From: an uncultured Gammaproteobacteria bacterium
GTDB taxonomy: Bacteria; Patescibacteriota; Microgenomatia; UBA10105; UBA927
Direction: 5' to 3'
Assembly: GCA_964448085.1 (NCBI GenBank)
Contig: CAYUUX010000002.1
Coordinates: forward strand, 30,519-94,518
DNA length: 64,000 bases
Numbering within the stretch: position 1 is the stretch's first letter; each line of letters opens with the position of its first letter. Below are positions 19,237 to 28,686 of the stretch, piece after piece. Below the pieces are notes generated by a model. That model did no database searches. It was given only the letters and a program-made list of their open reading frames with translations, and was not told the origin of the DNA. The translations under genes and the position numbers were made by a program.

Positions 19237-20865
19237 TTATTTTGAATGGATGCGACTGCATCCCGTATTCAGCATAATAACCATAGACACGAGAAGCAAT
19301 GGTGGTATCGGTCCGAAATAGCCAGAAAAAACCGCTATCGGCAGCGATGTGGCAGCTAAGAAAACGATGATTCCTGACAGCCCTGTTATTGCAGAATAGA
19401 GAGCCAATAGTATTGGTAGCTCATTGCTGTGACCCAACTCTTTTCTTCTTCGAATAATCACAACACCATAGAGAATCACTCCCAACAGAAATAATGGAAA
19501 AAATAGCGTTTTGTACATGACAATAATAGCGTTTATGCTTTTTATTCGTATATCTTCCACATCAACTCTTCGAGGATATTCTAACGTTATTTTTTGGATC
19601 AATTCGTAATTTTGTTGAGGCTCCCGGATCTCATCATAAAATACGTGAAGATTTTTGAAAAAGAATATCTGTTCAAATAAATCTATCGTAAACATATGTA
19701 TCTTTGCTATGTGTTCATACCGAAAGGGTGGTAGAAACGTGTTTCTTTTTTTCATGCAATCAAGTGTCCGTAGGTTGCACGCAGTATTAATTTCTTTCGC
19801 AATTTGTCGGTATGTTGTTAGTGCATCTTTTGGTGTTTTGTAGCGGCCGGCATCGGCAACTGCATCGCGTAAGGCCCACAGAAACCACCCTCCACCAATA
19901 TCTAATTCATTTCCGTCTAAAGGTGCATTTTTTTTCGTCTCAGTTGACCAGTTTTCATAAATGTATCCCTCTAATTGTTCATCGATTATCTTCCATGTTG
20001 GGCTTGCAGACGTTATTTTTTCTCTAACGCTTTTAGGAACGGGAACATATATCCTATCAGTATCGTGCTTTACTCGTGTAAGTGCGCCATACGCAGCTAT
20101 GAAATCAGCGTTTTGACTTTCTGTAAGCATATATGTTCCGTAATAGACCTTGTTTAAAATGAGTATTGGCGTAATCCCAATAACAACCATGCTAAGACAA
20201 GCAAGTGTTGTGGAGAGACCTCGTATTCCCACACGATGCAGATATGAGTAAATCGTTATATCGACACCGAGTATGCACAGCGGAATTGCCAACCATATAC
20301 TTTCCTCTCTTGTTGTCCAGGCACACGCAAAGAATACCCCGCTCATCATAGCCCAGACATATTGTGCGTACCCTTTTTGTTTGGTACGTGTTAAGAATGT
20401 TGCTATTGCAAAAGAACTAATAGCAAGCAAAGAAAGGGAATAATAAATAGCTGGACGATTTACACGGAGATTGAGATTGCCATCAAAAGAGAAGGGATTA
20501 AACAATAGAACTGTAAACATTACGATAAACATGAAGATTTTAGCCTTTTTTGCTAAAAGCCACACTAGCAGCGACGCACAGAAACACGCAATGGTATAGA
20601 GAACTTGTTGAGCAAGCAGTAGTGGAATGTTAAGAGTATGCGATAAGGCTATAAAGATAGGATAAAATGCACCTTTGGCCAGTGTACGGTTAGAATATTC
20701 CCCCAACCATTTTCCATGCAATATTGCATCTGCTTGATTAATAAATAACAGATCGTCGTGTGGAGAATTTGCGTCAATTCCAAGAGATAGTCCAGAAAAT
20801 AACCAAAGCTTCACTCCTGTCAGCACAACAACTGTAACAATTATGCAAACAATGGATCGTTTCAT
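19237..20865 (-). CDS. large polytopic membrane protein of unknown function (possible GT-C-like glycosyltransferase or polysaccharide-modifying integral membrane protein)
   Basis: 542 aa. N-terminal cluster of about 8 TM helices, a central soluble region, and 2-3 C-terminal TM helices. No diagnostic motif seen. Confidence 0.35.
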   Translation of the reverse strand: MKRSIVCIIVTVVVLTGVKLWLFSGLSLGIDANSPHDDLLFINQADAILHGKWLGEYSNRTLAKGAFYPIFIALSHTLNIPLLLAQQVLYTIACFCASLLVWLLAKKAKIFMFIVMFTVLLFNPFSFDGNLNLRVNRPAIYYSLSLLAISSFAIATFLTRTKQKGYAQYVWAMMSGVFFACAWTTREESIWLAIPLCILGVDITIYSYLHRVGIRGLSTTLACLSMVVIGITPILILNKVYYGTYMLTESQNADFIAAYGALTRVKHDTDRIYVPVPKSVREKITSASPTWKIIDEQLEGYIYENWSTETKKNAPLDGNELDIGGGWFLWALRDAVADAGRYKTPKDALTTYRQIAKEINTACNLRTLDCMKKRNTFLPPFRYEHIAKIHMFTIDLFEQIFFFKNLHVFYDEIREPQQNYELIQKITLEYPRRVDVEDIRIKSINAIIVMYKTLFFPLFLLGVILYGVVIIRRRKELGHSNELPILLALYSAITGLSGIIVFLAATSLPIAVFSGYFGPIPPLLLVSMVIMLNTGCSRIHSK

Positions 20866-20955
20866 AACGGCTATGAGTATCTGTATTGTATGATACCTGA
20901 TATTTTAGTGAATAATCTTGTTATGCAAAGATTCCTCGTGCGTTGTCTTGGTATG

Positions 20956-21954
20956 TTATCGGTCGTTTTCAAATACCTCTTGCAGAAGAGGGGCAATGCT
21001 TTTAAAAAGTGCATCCGCTGCAAGCGTATGCCCCTTTTCATTGGGGTGTCCTGGATATTGTTGATCTTCCAAGCTTTGTAATGTGTGTGTTTGATATATA
21101 GGAAGAAGATCAACGGTGTTACCAACGCTGTTGGTTTCTTTGATGATTTGCATCATTGCGTCGTGTGTCATCGTCGCCTCTTTAGAATCATTAAATATCG
21201 GAAAAACAACAATCCGATATTCCACACCGTTTGTATTTAACATATGAATCATGGTCTGTAGGGGTTCTAGTATGACCGATTTTTGTTTTTCTGTTCCCTC
21301 AAATGCATCAAAATTTTCCATACCAGAAAGCGTAGATAAATGTATTAATGTAAAGAGACGGTATGTTTTGAAATGATTAAAGAGAAAAGCATTAATAAAC
21401 CTATTTTGATACTTGCCATCAATTGCAGTCCACGTTGCTCCTTTCATAAAGATTACAGGAGTGCTAAAGAAATCATTCATACACGTTTGAATAATAACGA
21501 GATCTGGTTTCATTAACGACATGTATTTTTTTAGAAGCAGAGCCTCGCGTGTGGTCTCATATCCCACAATACCCCCATTAATAATACGTATGTTTTTATT
21601 TGGAAACGCTTCTGATAACTTTTCTTGAAGTAAGGACGGATAGGAACCATAGTCTGATATGGAATCCCCAAGAATTACTATGCGATAGTCTATTGTGTCA
21701 TCGTGTACTGTGCGTTCAATATTATTTTCAAAATCCGACTTTATATATCCGAAAGTCGAATCAAATACGTACTCCGTGTTTGTACGGAACGTCTCTGTTT
21801 GTGGGGACGCTGTCCGTATGTGCCCCCAAAGGTTTTTCTGTATATATTTGTCTTCTAACGATATGGAAAAGAAGCTTAGAAATCGAAGAGCTAGTTCAAC
21901 AAAAACCATCGCAACACATAAGGCTAAACTGAAATATGCCAGGCGTTTTATCAT
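20956..21954 (-). CDS. SGNH/GDSL-family hydrolase (esterase/acyltransferase-like), membrane-anchored
   Basis: N-terminal signal-anchor. Block I motif IVILGDSISDYG. Conserved distal GHPN-like region (YPGHPNEKGH). Confidence 0.65.
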   Translation of the reverse strand: MIKRLAYFSLALCVAMVFVELALRFLSFFSISLEDKYIQKNLWGHIRTASPQTETFRTNTEYVFDSTFGYIKSDFENNIERTVHDDTIDYRIVILGDSISDYGSYPSLLQEKLSEAFPNKNIRIINGGIVGYETTREALLLKKYMSLMKPDLVIIQTCMNDFFSTPVIFMKGATWTAIDGKYQNRFINAFLFNHFKTYRLFTLIHLSTLSGMENFDAFEGTEKQKSVILEPLQTMIHMLNTNGVEYRIVVFPIFNDSKEATMTHDAMMQIIKETNSVGNTVDLLPIYQTHTLQSLEDQQYPGHPNEKGHTLAADALFKSIAPLLQEVFENDR

Positions 21955-22997
21955 GGTGTCCCAGTGTATTCTTTTTCATACGGCATAATTTTTTCCGTAA
22001 GTATTTTTGCTATATACGCATGACCAGCTTTCGTATTATGTAAATCTTCCGGTTGGATAAAATATGATGCGTAAGTATCCCTATCTGTTTGAAACATGCT
22101 GGTGCCGATATCAATAAATACAAAATTGTATTTAGAAGCAATTTCCTCTAATTGTTGAGCTGTTTTTTTATATGCTGTTTTGTAGGTTTGTTCGTTTTCT
22201 GGTTTAAAATAGGTAGGAAGCAATACGAGAACATATACCCCTCCCCCTGCCTTTGTTTGATTATTCATTTCATTCAAAATAGCATCGATGATGGGGAGAT
22301 TTTTCTCATCATTTGTTTGTTTCGGAAGATACCGCTGTATAAATTTATATATATGTAATTCTGTGAGGCCTGCGCGAATTTGTGTTAGTAACGTTTTCCA
22401 CCCCATTGTTGTTTTGATGGGATAATTGAGGTTTACAAGTGACGTACCCTGAAGTGTCAGATATGGTTTATCGAAATATTCAAACAATGAGGGAGATGTG
22501 GCACGGTCTAAATCATCGGCGATAATTGCGTTGATGTGTATTTGATGGTTTATGGTTTTGGCATCTCGTTCGTATCGCAGATACATTTGATCAAGTCCAT
22601 ATGCGTCCTGACCAAGGTTGTACGTTTTCCAATTATTGTTAGTTAATAGCGAACACCATGTTTCATAATCACCGACACCAAGCCCCAGGGTAAATGAGTC
22701 CCCAGAACAGATAATACTTATCTTTTTTTCTTCCTGAATAGGTGTTATGCGCAATCTATTTGCATCGGTTGTAAAATGGCTACCCAGTCCAAATATATTT
22801 TCTATATGAAGATTGGGTTTGTTCACCCATCCAAGTAAGGGATCAAAATCAAGATGCTGTGCTATCCACGGTCGAGATGTCACTATTCGTTTTTGGATCG
22901 TACGGACGGTATGGATCCACCCAAGTGCCCCCTCAAGGAGCATAAGAAGCAGACAGCAGAGCACCAAACCCGCGACTATTTCAAGAGATCGCTTCAT
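21951..22997 (-). CDS. SGNH/GDSL-family hydrolase, paralog of the adjacent gene
   Basis: Signal-anchor. IICSGDSFTLGLG GDS(L) block. C-terminal HNTKAGH resembles block V (DxxH). Overlaps the upstream paralog by 4 nt. Confidence 0.65.
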   Translation of the reverse strand: MKRSLEIVAGLVLCCLLLMLLEGALGWIHTVRTIQKRIVTSRPWIAQHLDFDPLLGWVNKPNLHIENIFGLGSHFTTDANRLRITPIQEEKKISIICSGDSFTLGLGVGDYETWCSLLTNNNWKTYNLGQDAYGLDQMYLRYERDAKTINHQIHINAIIADDLDRATSPSLFEYFDKPYLTLQGTSLVNLNYPIKTTMGWKTLLTQIRAGLTELHIYKFIQRYLPKQTNDEKNLPIIDAILNEMNNQTKAGGGVYVLVLLPTYFKPENEQTYKTAYKKTAQQLEEIASKYNFVFIDIGTSMFQTDRDTYASYFIQPEDLHNTKAGHAYIAKILTEKIMPYEKEYTGTP

Positions 22998-23166
22998 ATA
23001 CGGTACGTGGTGCTCATTATATCATCTGTTTTTTTTGTATATCGTACGGTATGTAATTATGAAGGAAGCCTGCCACAATTGTTTATAGGCTATACACCGC
23101 GATTGGAAATGTGATACAAATTGAACTGCTTAAGCGTCACATGTGTTGCGCGTTATGTAACTTGGT

Positions 23167-24084
23167 ATGAATGCTAAACAACTATTAAAACACTGGGTGT
23201 TTCAATATCTCGTATATTTTTTCCCCAGATATTCTTCTGTTGATCCATCCGTTACCATATGCACTCTTCTTTGTCATAAAGATGTGTATATGTATTTGTA
23301 TATGATGCAATCGTTTCACTATTTTAGCGGGTTGAGCCACCCCTTGTTAATTGTAAACGACGGGACGTTAACGAAGCAGGATGTCCATTTGCTTCAGCGA
23401 TTTTTTGTTGTAACCGTTATCACCAAACAGACACTTTTGCGCAAGATAGCTTTGCTGTTACGAGGGTATCCGTATTTACGGAGATTCATACTTGATGAGT
23501 ATACGCCGATTATTAAGTGGAAAATTGCCCTTATGCTATCCAATCCATCAAAGAAATATATGTTTATTGATAGTGATATTTTATTTTTTCAGAGACCACA
23601 GGAGATTATCAAGTGGTTTACTAGTGATGTTTCGTATTGTTTAAATCTTGAATATGCAGAACGAGAACGAACGTTTAAATATTCCGACGATGAAAATTAT
23701 TTGGACGTCTATCATGCATATCGAACTTCCTTAAAAATGTTGCAGTTTCCGCACGCAAATACGTTATTCAACAACGGAATTTTTTGCGTTCCTGACTCCA
23801 GCCTTATTCAACCGAAACAATTAAATACAATACTTAGGGTTGTTCATAATTCCTATTTTGATAATCAATTTGGAACCGATGAGCTCATTTTAAGTTGTCT
23901 TCTTGATCGTCAACAAACACGTTCACTTCCAAAACTTCTCTATAGGATTCAACTTGATAGCGTGCGAAAAAAACACGAACGATTAATATGTAAACACTAT
24001 TGCTGGCGGGCCAAAGTATTATTCCCACGTGATGCAATTGTTTTAGCGTTGCGAACACGGTTTTTTAAACCGGTGAATATATGA
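23167..24084 (+). CDS. hypothetical protein, possible nucleotide-diphospho-sugar transferase (DxD motif)
   Basis: 305 aa. KYMFIDSDILFF is a GT-A/GT8-like DxD context. No other family signature recognised. Confidence 0.35.
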   Translation: MNAKQLLKHWVFQYLVYFFPRYSSVDPSVTICTLLCHKDVYMYLYMMQSFHYFSGLSHPLLIVNDGTLTKQDVHLLQRFFVVTVITKQTLLRKIALLLRGYPYLRRFILDEYTPIIKWKIALMLSNPSKKYMFIDSDILFFQRPQEIIKWFTSDVSYCLNLEYAERERTFKYSDDENYLDVYHAYRTSLKMLQFPHANTLFNNGIFCVPDSSLIQPKQLNTILRVVHNSYFDNQFGTDELILSCLLDRQQTRSLPKLLYRIQLDSVRKKHERLICKHYCWRAKVLFPRDAIVLALRTRFFKPVNI

Positions 24085-24701
24085 AAAAAACCCCGATGAT
24101 AGTTTGCATCGACTCTCTAAAAGCATTTGATGATGCAACCAGTTCATATTTTGTGTCCCTTTCAGGCTCTTACCGATTATTTTTTATCTTAGGCTCTCAT
24201 CTATTTTCCTTACGAGAACTCATACATTGCGACATTCGCCGTCACGTTCATAATATATATCGCAGCTTTTCTTCGAATTCCCGTTTTTTTCTGCCGATTG
24301 GATTTGTTCCTTTTGGAAGGTGTCCTTTCATTGCAACGATTAATCAAAGTGTTGCGCTCGTTGCCCTTTGGTTTTCATTGAAACGATTTTTTCGTATCCA
24401 AACCTTTCGGTCGTTTCACCCAATTGTATATTTCGTGCATACCAAGCGCATGGCGTGTCCTCATTGGATGTATGTACCTGGTATTTTTAAAGAACGGTGT
24501 TGTGTGCTTGACATCACAAGAAGACACACGCCCGATTCTTCCCCACCATTCTTACCGCATGAAGAAAAAATGCAACAGTACGCAGACGTTATTCTCACTA
24601 ACTCTATTGTTGCGAAACGAGATACACGGTTTCATGTAGTTTCAAAAGATCCAAATAAGAAATCAACAGCTTTATTTTCTGTTTTGAAACCATACCTATG
24701 A
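24081..24701 (+). CDS. hypothetical protein
   Basis: 206 aa, His/Cys/Phe-rich, no recognisable domain. Start overlaps the upstream stop (ATGA) and its stop overlaps the radical SAM start, so it is translationally coupled. Confidence 0.3.
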   Translation: MKKTPMIVCIDSLKAFDDATSSYFVSLSGSYRLFFILGSHLFSLRELIHCDIRRHVHNIYRSFSSNSRFFLPIGFVPFGRCPFIATINQSVALVALWFSLKRFFRIQTFRSFHPIVYFVHTKRMACPHWMYVPGIFKERCCVLDITRRHTPDSSPPFLPHEEKMQQYADVILTNSIVAKRDTRFHVVSKDPNKKSTALFSVLKPYL

Positions 24702-25639
24702 TGTCACGGATGAACATTTATACGTATTTTCGAACACATATCCCCTTAGTGTTTGATGCAATAGAAATTGAAACGACCGCTGTGTGCAATAGGGCGTGTA
24801 GTTTTTGCCCCAATTCTCTTGTTGGGAGGAAAAAAGGGGTAATGAAAACACACGACGTTTTGCACATTTTAGATCAATTGGGCATGATGCGATACCATGG
24901 AAGAATTTCCTTACATATGTATGGGGAACCTTTGTTGGATAAACGGTTGCCCTCACTGGTTGCCTATGCACGGCGGAAGTGCCCTGAAGCTTTTATCAAA
25001 ATAAATTCTAACGGAGATTTTGTCACACGAACGAATGTTACTCAACTCACACAGGCAGGAATGGATCTTCTCTATATAAGCCAATATGATAATAGCGTAC
25101 AGCAAAACGTTAAAGACGTTCTAAATTGGATGACCAGCACTAGACCTCAATGGGTACACCACCTTCAGGTCCGTGTTACGAGTAGCTTTTCTGACAATCG
25201 TGCGGGTTTGTTGCCTCACATTGGTGCCCAACATAAAGTGATGCACACCCCCTGTTATCGACCGTTGACCACAATGGTAATCAATTGGGAAGGGAATCAC
25301 GTTTTATGTTGTAATGACTATTTTGGAACGTGCGTTATTGGGTCAATTCATGCCACTCCACTTTTATCATTATGGTTTGCGTCTCGACTGGTGCGTATAC
25401 GAAAAATGCTTCGTGCGGGTAAGAGAAAGGCTCTACCCCTTTGTTCTCGGTGTAGTTATGAGCAAGTATCATTTGATGGCGACAATACAAACGAAGAACA
25501 TTTTCATCTGTATGGAATTTTTACCAGTCTTTTTGTTCCACTTTCTGTTTTGTGGAAAAATAGTTCTACTGTCGATTTTGGAACTCTTGTGCGTACACGA
25601 TATACTAGTGCCAATCCTGTCCAAAATAACACTACATAA
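24698..25639 (+). CDS. radical SAM protein with C-terminal Cys-rich SPASM/twitch-like auxiliary-cluster region
   Basis: CX3CX2C at residues about 29-36 (CNRACSFC). Further Cys cluster LCCNDYFGTC...PLCSRCSY in the C-terminal third. 313 aa. Confidence 0.75.
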   Translation: MMSRMNIYTYFRTHIPLVFDAIEIETTAVCNRACSFCPNSLVGRKKGVMKTHDVLHILDQLGMMRYHGRISLHMYGEPLLDKRLPSLVAYARRKCPEAFIKINSNGDFVTRTNVTQLTQAGMDLLYISQYDNSVQQNVKDVLNWMTSTRPQWVHHLQVRVTSSFSDNRAGLLPHIGAQHKVMHTPCYRPLTTMVINWEGNHVLCCNDYFGTCVIGSIHATPLLSLWFASRLVRIRKMLRAGKRKALPLCSRCSYEQVSFDGDNTNEEHFHLYGIFTSLFVPLSVLWKNSSTVDFGTLVRTRYTSANPVQNNTT

Positions 25640-26880
25640 TGAAACCCTCGATTGTCGTTGTGTTTGATGACCTTTTTCCCGGCGGTTTGAGAACGTTGAA
25701 TGAAAAAATTTGGAATGAGTATAACCACAAAGGTCAATATTCGATGGTTGTTGTGTCGGGAATAAATTTTGACCAACAGCTTCAGAAGGATACCTTTCCC
25801 TATGCTGATGAACTCCATGTGTATTCCATACCCCCAATGAATCAATTTTTTTTCTTTTTCTATTGTTGTTGGCATACAATTCGTCTTATTCATCACATAA
25901 AGAACAATCATACGATTCAATGTGTTATCGGAAACAATTCTTTTTCTGGTGCAGCCGCCCGCGTCGTGAGTTTGGTTTTTGGAATACGGTATATATATTT
26001 TTACCACGGTTCTTTGTTTCAGGAGGTTCGCTCTTTGGGACACATCTCCACAACCTTTTTTAAAAAAGCAAAGATGTGGTTCATGCACCATTTTTATTGG
26101 TTTGTACAATATTGTTGTGTATATGCAGCCCCAGTGGTGTGCTTTAGTACCCATTCTCGGTTTCTTTTACACCACGATTTTCATAAGACAAAACACGTGC
26201 ACACACTATCTGTTCCTTTCCGGTATACCCCTCTCTCTCAACGGACAAAAAGGAGTATGAAAGAGACGTTGGGATTTCATCAGCGTGTCCACGTGCTGTT
26301 ATTCCCCTCCCGGCTCGAGCCAAGAAAAGGGTTGCACATGTTAACACAAGCCCTTTCCCTGTTGCCAAACACCCTATCCGTTGTTGTGTTGGTTGCTGGG
26401 CCACTCCATGGTGAATCTATTGATTACCTTGTTGGTCTTATAAAACAGACTGTGTCAAATACAGAACGCCAACGGATATATTTTATGGGAGAAGTTCCTG
26501 TATCAAACATGAAAGTGCTTTACGGGGCAGCAGATGTTACCATTGTGCCCTCCATAGGTCTTGAAACTCTTGGTATGGTGACTTTGGAATCCTTATCCTA
26601 CGGCACGCCCGTCATAGGCTTTCCTACGGGTGCCACACCAGACATTCTGACCGGCATAGACAAGAACCTCATTGCAAAGCGTATTTCGCCTCAATCGCTT
26701 GCGCGCACCATTACACTCTTTTTTCACAGGCCGCATGTTCATTCTATGTTGATGCAAAAACAGATTCAAGCCTATATACAGACACATCATTCCCCGAGTC
26801 TTTTTACCCATCAATTGACAGAAGTGTTGTCCAATAGAGTCAGATCGCCAAAGGTCTCCTCTGCATACGAGCGTATATGA
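25639..26880 (+). CDS. glycosyltransferase family 4 (GT-B)
   Basis: C-terminal LFPSRLEPRKG...GLETLGMVTLESLSYGTPVIGFPTGATPDIL is a GT4 signature. The start overlaps the radical SAM stop (TAATG). Confidence 0.75.
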   Translation: MKPSIVVVFDDLFPGGLRTLNEKIWNEYNHKGQYSMVVVSGINFDQQLQKDTFPYADELHVYSIPPMNQFFFFFYCCWHTIRLIHHIKNNHTIQCVIGNNSFSGAAARVVSLVFGIRYIYFYHGSLFQEVRSLGHISTTFFKKAKMWFMHHFYWFVQYCCVYAAPVVCFSTHSRFLLHHDFHKTKHVHTLSVPFRYTPLSQRTKRSMKETLGFHQRVHVLLFPSRLEPRKGLHMLTQALSLLPNTLSVVVLVAGPLHGESIDYLVGLIKQTVSNTERQRIYFMGEVPVSNMKVLYGAADVTIVPSIGLETLGMVTLESLSYGTPVIGFPTGATPDILTGIDKNLIAKRISPQSLARTITLFFHRPHVHSMLMQKQIQAYIQTHHSPSLFTHQLTEVLSNRVRSPKVSSAYERI

Positions 26881-27545
26881 TAAAAGCAGTTATTTTTGAT
26901 CTCGGTAATGTTTTAGTGTTGGGGAATAATTCCAAAACACTTTCCCAGTTTGCTCCATTTTTGCAAAGACCATATTCCGATGAGGTATTGGAGGTTACAT
27001 TATATGGGTACTCTTCCAAAGCAAAACACTGGGAGACGCAGGGAGAACGAACCAAAACGCTGGAAGCATATCAACTCGGATTACTTTCTACCAGGCAATT
27101 CTATGAGTATATGCGTGACCAATTGAGATTTTCCGACGAATTGACGTTTGATCAATTCAAACATATCTGGCCTGCTCGTTTTTCTCGCTACACAGAAACT
27201 CTCACGCTTCTTAAGCGCTTGAATCATCTGCAACGATACATGCTTTCCGATACTAATGCATTAGACACATTCTGGATTCAACACGCGTTTCCAGATATTT
27301 TTGTACACTTTAATAAACTTTTTCTCTCGTATAAAACACACGTCAATAAGTATAGTTTTGAAGCGTGGCACAATATACTCAACTATAGTCATTTGCTCCC
27401 CGAGGAGCATCTGTTTATTGATGATCGCGAGGAGCATGTGGTGAGGGCCCAGAGATTAGGATTGAAAGGAATAGTTTTTTGTGGATCAAAACAACTTGAG
27501 AAAGAACTCATAGCGTTCGGATGTTTTAAGAAGCGCTCATTTTAA
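26877..27545 (+). CDS. HAD-superfamily hydrolase, YihX-like sugar-phosphate phosphatase
   Basis: MIKAVIFDLGNVLV N-terminal motif I as in E. coli YihX (alpha-D-glucose-1-phosphatase). Distal LFIDDREEHV motif IV-like. Confidence 0.8.
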   Translation: MIKAVIFDLGNVLVLGNNSKTLSQFAPFLQRPYSDEVLEVTLYGYSSKAKHWETQGERTKTLEAYQLGLLSTRQFYEYMRDQLRFSDELTFDQFKHIWPARFSRYTETLTLLKRLNHLQRYMLSDTNALDTFWIQHAFPDIFVHFNKLFLSYKTHVNKYSFEAWHNILNYSHLLPEEHLFIDDREEHVVRAQRLGLKGIVFCGSKQLEKELIAFGCFKKRSF

Positions 27546-27563
27546 GCAGTATCGTTGTATATG

Positions 27564-27633
27564 TTGCGGGGCCAGGAATCGCACCTGGTCTAGAAGATTA
27601 TGAGCCTTCTGTGCAACTTTACACTACCCCGCG
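27564..27633 (-). tRNA. tRNA with CAT anticodon (Met/fMet/Ile2), atypical architecture
   Basis: Minus-strand cloverleaf: acceptor CGCGGGG/CCCCGC with a C1-A72 mismatch, anticodon arm GAAGG-CTCATAA-TCTTC (U33, A37), T-arm CCAGG-TGCGATT-CCTGG. Only 70 nt. The D-loop AAAGTT lacks G18G19. CCA is not encoded. Confidence 0.55.
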
Positions 27634-27701
27634 GTTGTTGAAAGAACGTTGTTAGTATACTGTATTTTGACGATTCTGTATACCGTGCGTATACTCAAAG
27701 T

Positions 27702-28208
27702 ATGGGGAAGAACAACAAAGTGCCACACCAATCGAGGGTATTTGTGGTTGTCTGCATTTTTCTGCTTTTGTTGGCAACAGCCATTTTTTTTACAACACGA
27801 TGGAACGTCAATGTTTTAGGCACGACAGACACAGTTTCTGGTGTGGGGAAGGAGTACTATATTCCCTTTGGAACAGGTACGAATACAACAACAGAGTGGA
27901 CTGATGTTAAGGGGGTGGGAGCATATATTGATAGCAGATTATATGGTGCAGTGAAAAAAGTTGTTTTTGAAGCGACTGTTGGAGTCCCATCGGGGAATCA
28001 AATTGCTTTCATACGGTTGTATAACACAACGGACAAGCACCCCGTATGGTATACGGAAATGCAGATGTCTGGAACGGGTCCGGAGCTTCTTATATCATCG
28101 GGAATTACGCTTGATAGCGGGAATAAATTTTATCAGGTTCAAATGAAGTCTCAGATGGGAGCGCCAACCAATCTTCTACAGGCACGCATGCACATTCTGA
28201 CTTACTAA
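27702..28208 (+). CDS. hypothetical membrane-anchored secreted protein
   Basis: 168 aa. N-terminal TM/signal anchor VVVCIFLLLLATAIFF followed by a Thr/Gly-rich, likely beta-rich domain. Confidence 0.4.
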   Translation: MGKNNKVPHQSRVFVVVCIFLLLLATAIFFTTRWNVNVLGTTDTVSGVGKEYYIPFGTGTNTTTEWTDVKGVGAYIDSRLYGAVKKVVFEATVGVPSGNQIAFIRLYNTTDKHPVWYTEMQMSGTGPELLISSGITLDSGNKFYQVQMKSQMGAPTNLLQARMHILTY

Positions 28209-28209
28209 T

Positions 28210-28284
28210 TGGTGCCAGCGGCGGGATTCGGACCTGCGACCCACGCCTTATGAAGACGCTGCTCTACCACTGAGCTACGCTGGC
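28210..28284 (-). tRNA. tRNA-Met (anticodon CAT), canonical elongator-type
   Basis: Acceptor GCCAGCG/CGCTGGC, D-arm GCTC-AGTGGTA-GAGC, anticodon loop TTCATAA, T-arm GCAGG-TTCGAAT-CCTGC, discriminator A, CCA encoded. Confidence 0.85.
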
Positions 28285-28335
28285 GCAGAGGCTATTGTAC
28301 GGGATTTTTGAGGAAATTGGAAGCTTGTTGAGAAT

Positions 28336-28686
28336 TTAAAAAAATACGTTCCACCACCGCTTCCAATTGACCTGTTCCGGAATTTTGTTGTTTGTTTCAT
28401 CGTATATCGGCACTATCGGATCCATGACAACAATGGTTTCTCCCGGTTTCGACATATTCAGTTTTTCGCGCGCCTCTTTTTCGATAAACTCCGGGGTTTG
28501 CACACGGATAAGCTGGTTTGCTGTCGCATCTCTTTTTTCCATGAGTGTTTGTAGTTCATCATTTTTGGTTTGCACCAAAGATCTTTTTTTGAGGGTTTGC
28601 AGAAGAGATGAAGAGAGCACGAAGATAGCAACCAGTAGCCCCAGGAAGATGTATATCATAATGTTTATGTGTTTGTTTTGTCTCAT
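28336..28686 (-). CDS. septum formation initiator (FtsB/DivIC-like) small bitopic protein
   Basis: 116 aa. One N-terminal TM helix followed by a heptad/coiled-coil region (LKKRSLVQTKNDELQTLMEKRDATANQL). Confidence 0.45.
   Translation of the reverse strand: MRQNKHINIMIYIFLGLLVAIFVLSSSLLQTLKKRSLVQTKNDELQTLMEKRDATANQLIRVQTPEFIEKEAREKLNMSKPGETIVVMDPIVPIYDETNNKIPEQVNWKRWWNVFF

Noticed and set aside
27566-27632. Reading the atypical tRNA on the plus strand
   Set aside because: The plus-strand fold gives an anticodon loop TTATGAG (A34, no U33) and no TΨC-like loop. The minus-strand fold gives U33-CAU-A37 and a proper T-arm, so the minus strand was chosen.
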